Assembly: GCA_964016885.1 (NCBI GenBank)
Contig: OZ024753.1
Location: forward strand, 25,420,001 to 25,484,000
DNA from: Eledone cirrhosa
Taxonomy: Eukaryota
Length of the DNA stretch: 64,000 bases
Direction of reading: 5' to 3'
The number at the start of each line of letters is the position of its first letter. Within the stretch, counting starts at the first letter, position 1. Under the pieces are notes generated by a model. That model did no database searches. It had not been told where the DNA came from and was given only the letters and a program-made list of their open reading frames with translations. The position numbers were made by a program, and so were the translations under genes. Shown here piece after piece: positions 63,769 to 64,000 of the stretch.

Positions 63769-63968
63769 TGGCACAACAAAAAGCACCCAGCACACACTGT
63801 AAATGTGGTTGGCATTAGGAAAGGCATCCAGCCGTAGAAACCAAGCCAGAATGAGTTCTGTATGAGAAAGACATGGTCACCAGACCTAGCATTGCCTACA
63901 ACAGGACAACTCATCTAACCCATGCTAGCATGGAAAATAGACATAAAATGGTGGTGATGATGATGATA
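63769..63968 (+). mobile_element. 3' body and tail of the retroelement family seen inverted at 58398-58545
   Basis: AAAAAGCACCCAGCACACACTGTAAATGTGGTTGGCATTAGGAAAGGCATCCAGCCGTAGAAACCAAGCCAGAATGAGTTC aligns to the reverse complement of ~58452-58531. It ends ACCCATGCTAGCATGGAAAATAGACATAAAATGGTGGTGATGATGATGAT. Confidence 0.85.
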
Positions 63969-64000
63969 TTTGTATATACACACAAATATATATATATACC

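Noticed and set aside
62955-63914. Minus-strand ORFs of 62-109 aa
   Set aside because: They are antisense to the 40-bp minisatellite and the RTE/SINE remnants.

Overview
AT-rich, gene-free eukaryotic (metazoan) DNA. From my recollection of the repeat families, the SINE/RTE/MITE content most resembles a mollusc, probably an octopus; this is not database-checked. About 86% of the window (3320-58269) is one complete, uninterrupted array of roughly 900 copies of a ~61-bp purine-rich satellite. Its variant monomers reveal a ~9.4-10 kb (~155-monomer) higher-order repeat present about five times. Its duplication history can be reconstructed, its older edge layers are related to each other, and a short bipartite inverted repeat brackets both ends. 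Left flank: a decayed RTE-clade LINE 3' end and a 46-48-bp minisatellite. Right flank: tRNA-derived SINEs (one with a 17-bp TSD), hAT-like and piggyBac-like MITEs, a perfect 213-bp inverted repeat, a 40-bp minisatellite and a second RTE fragment. No intact protein-coding gene, tRNA gene or CRISPR array is supported; the listed ORFs are repeat artefacts.
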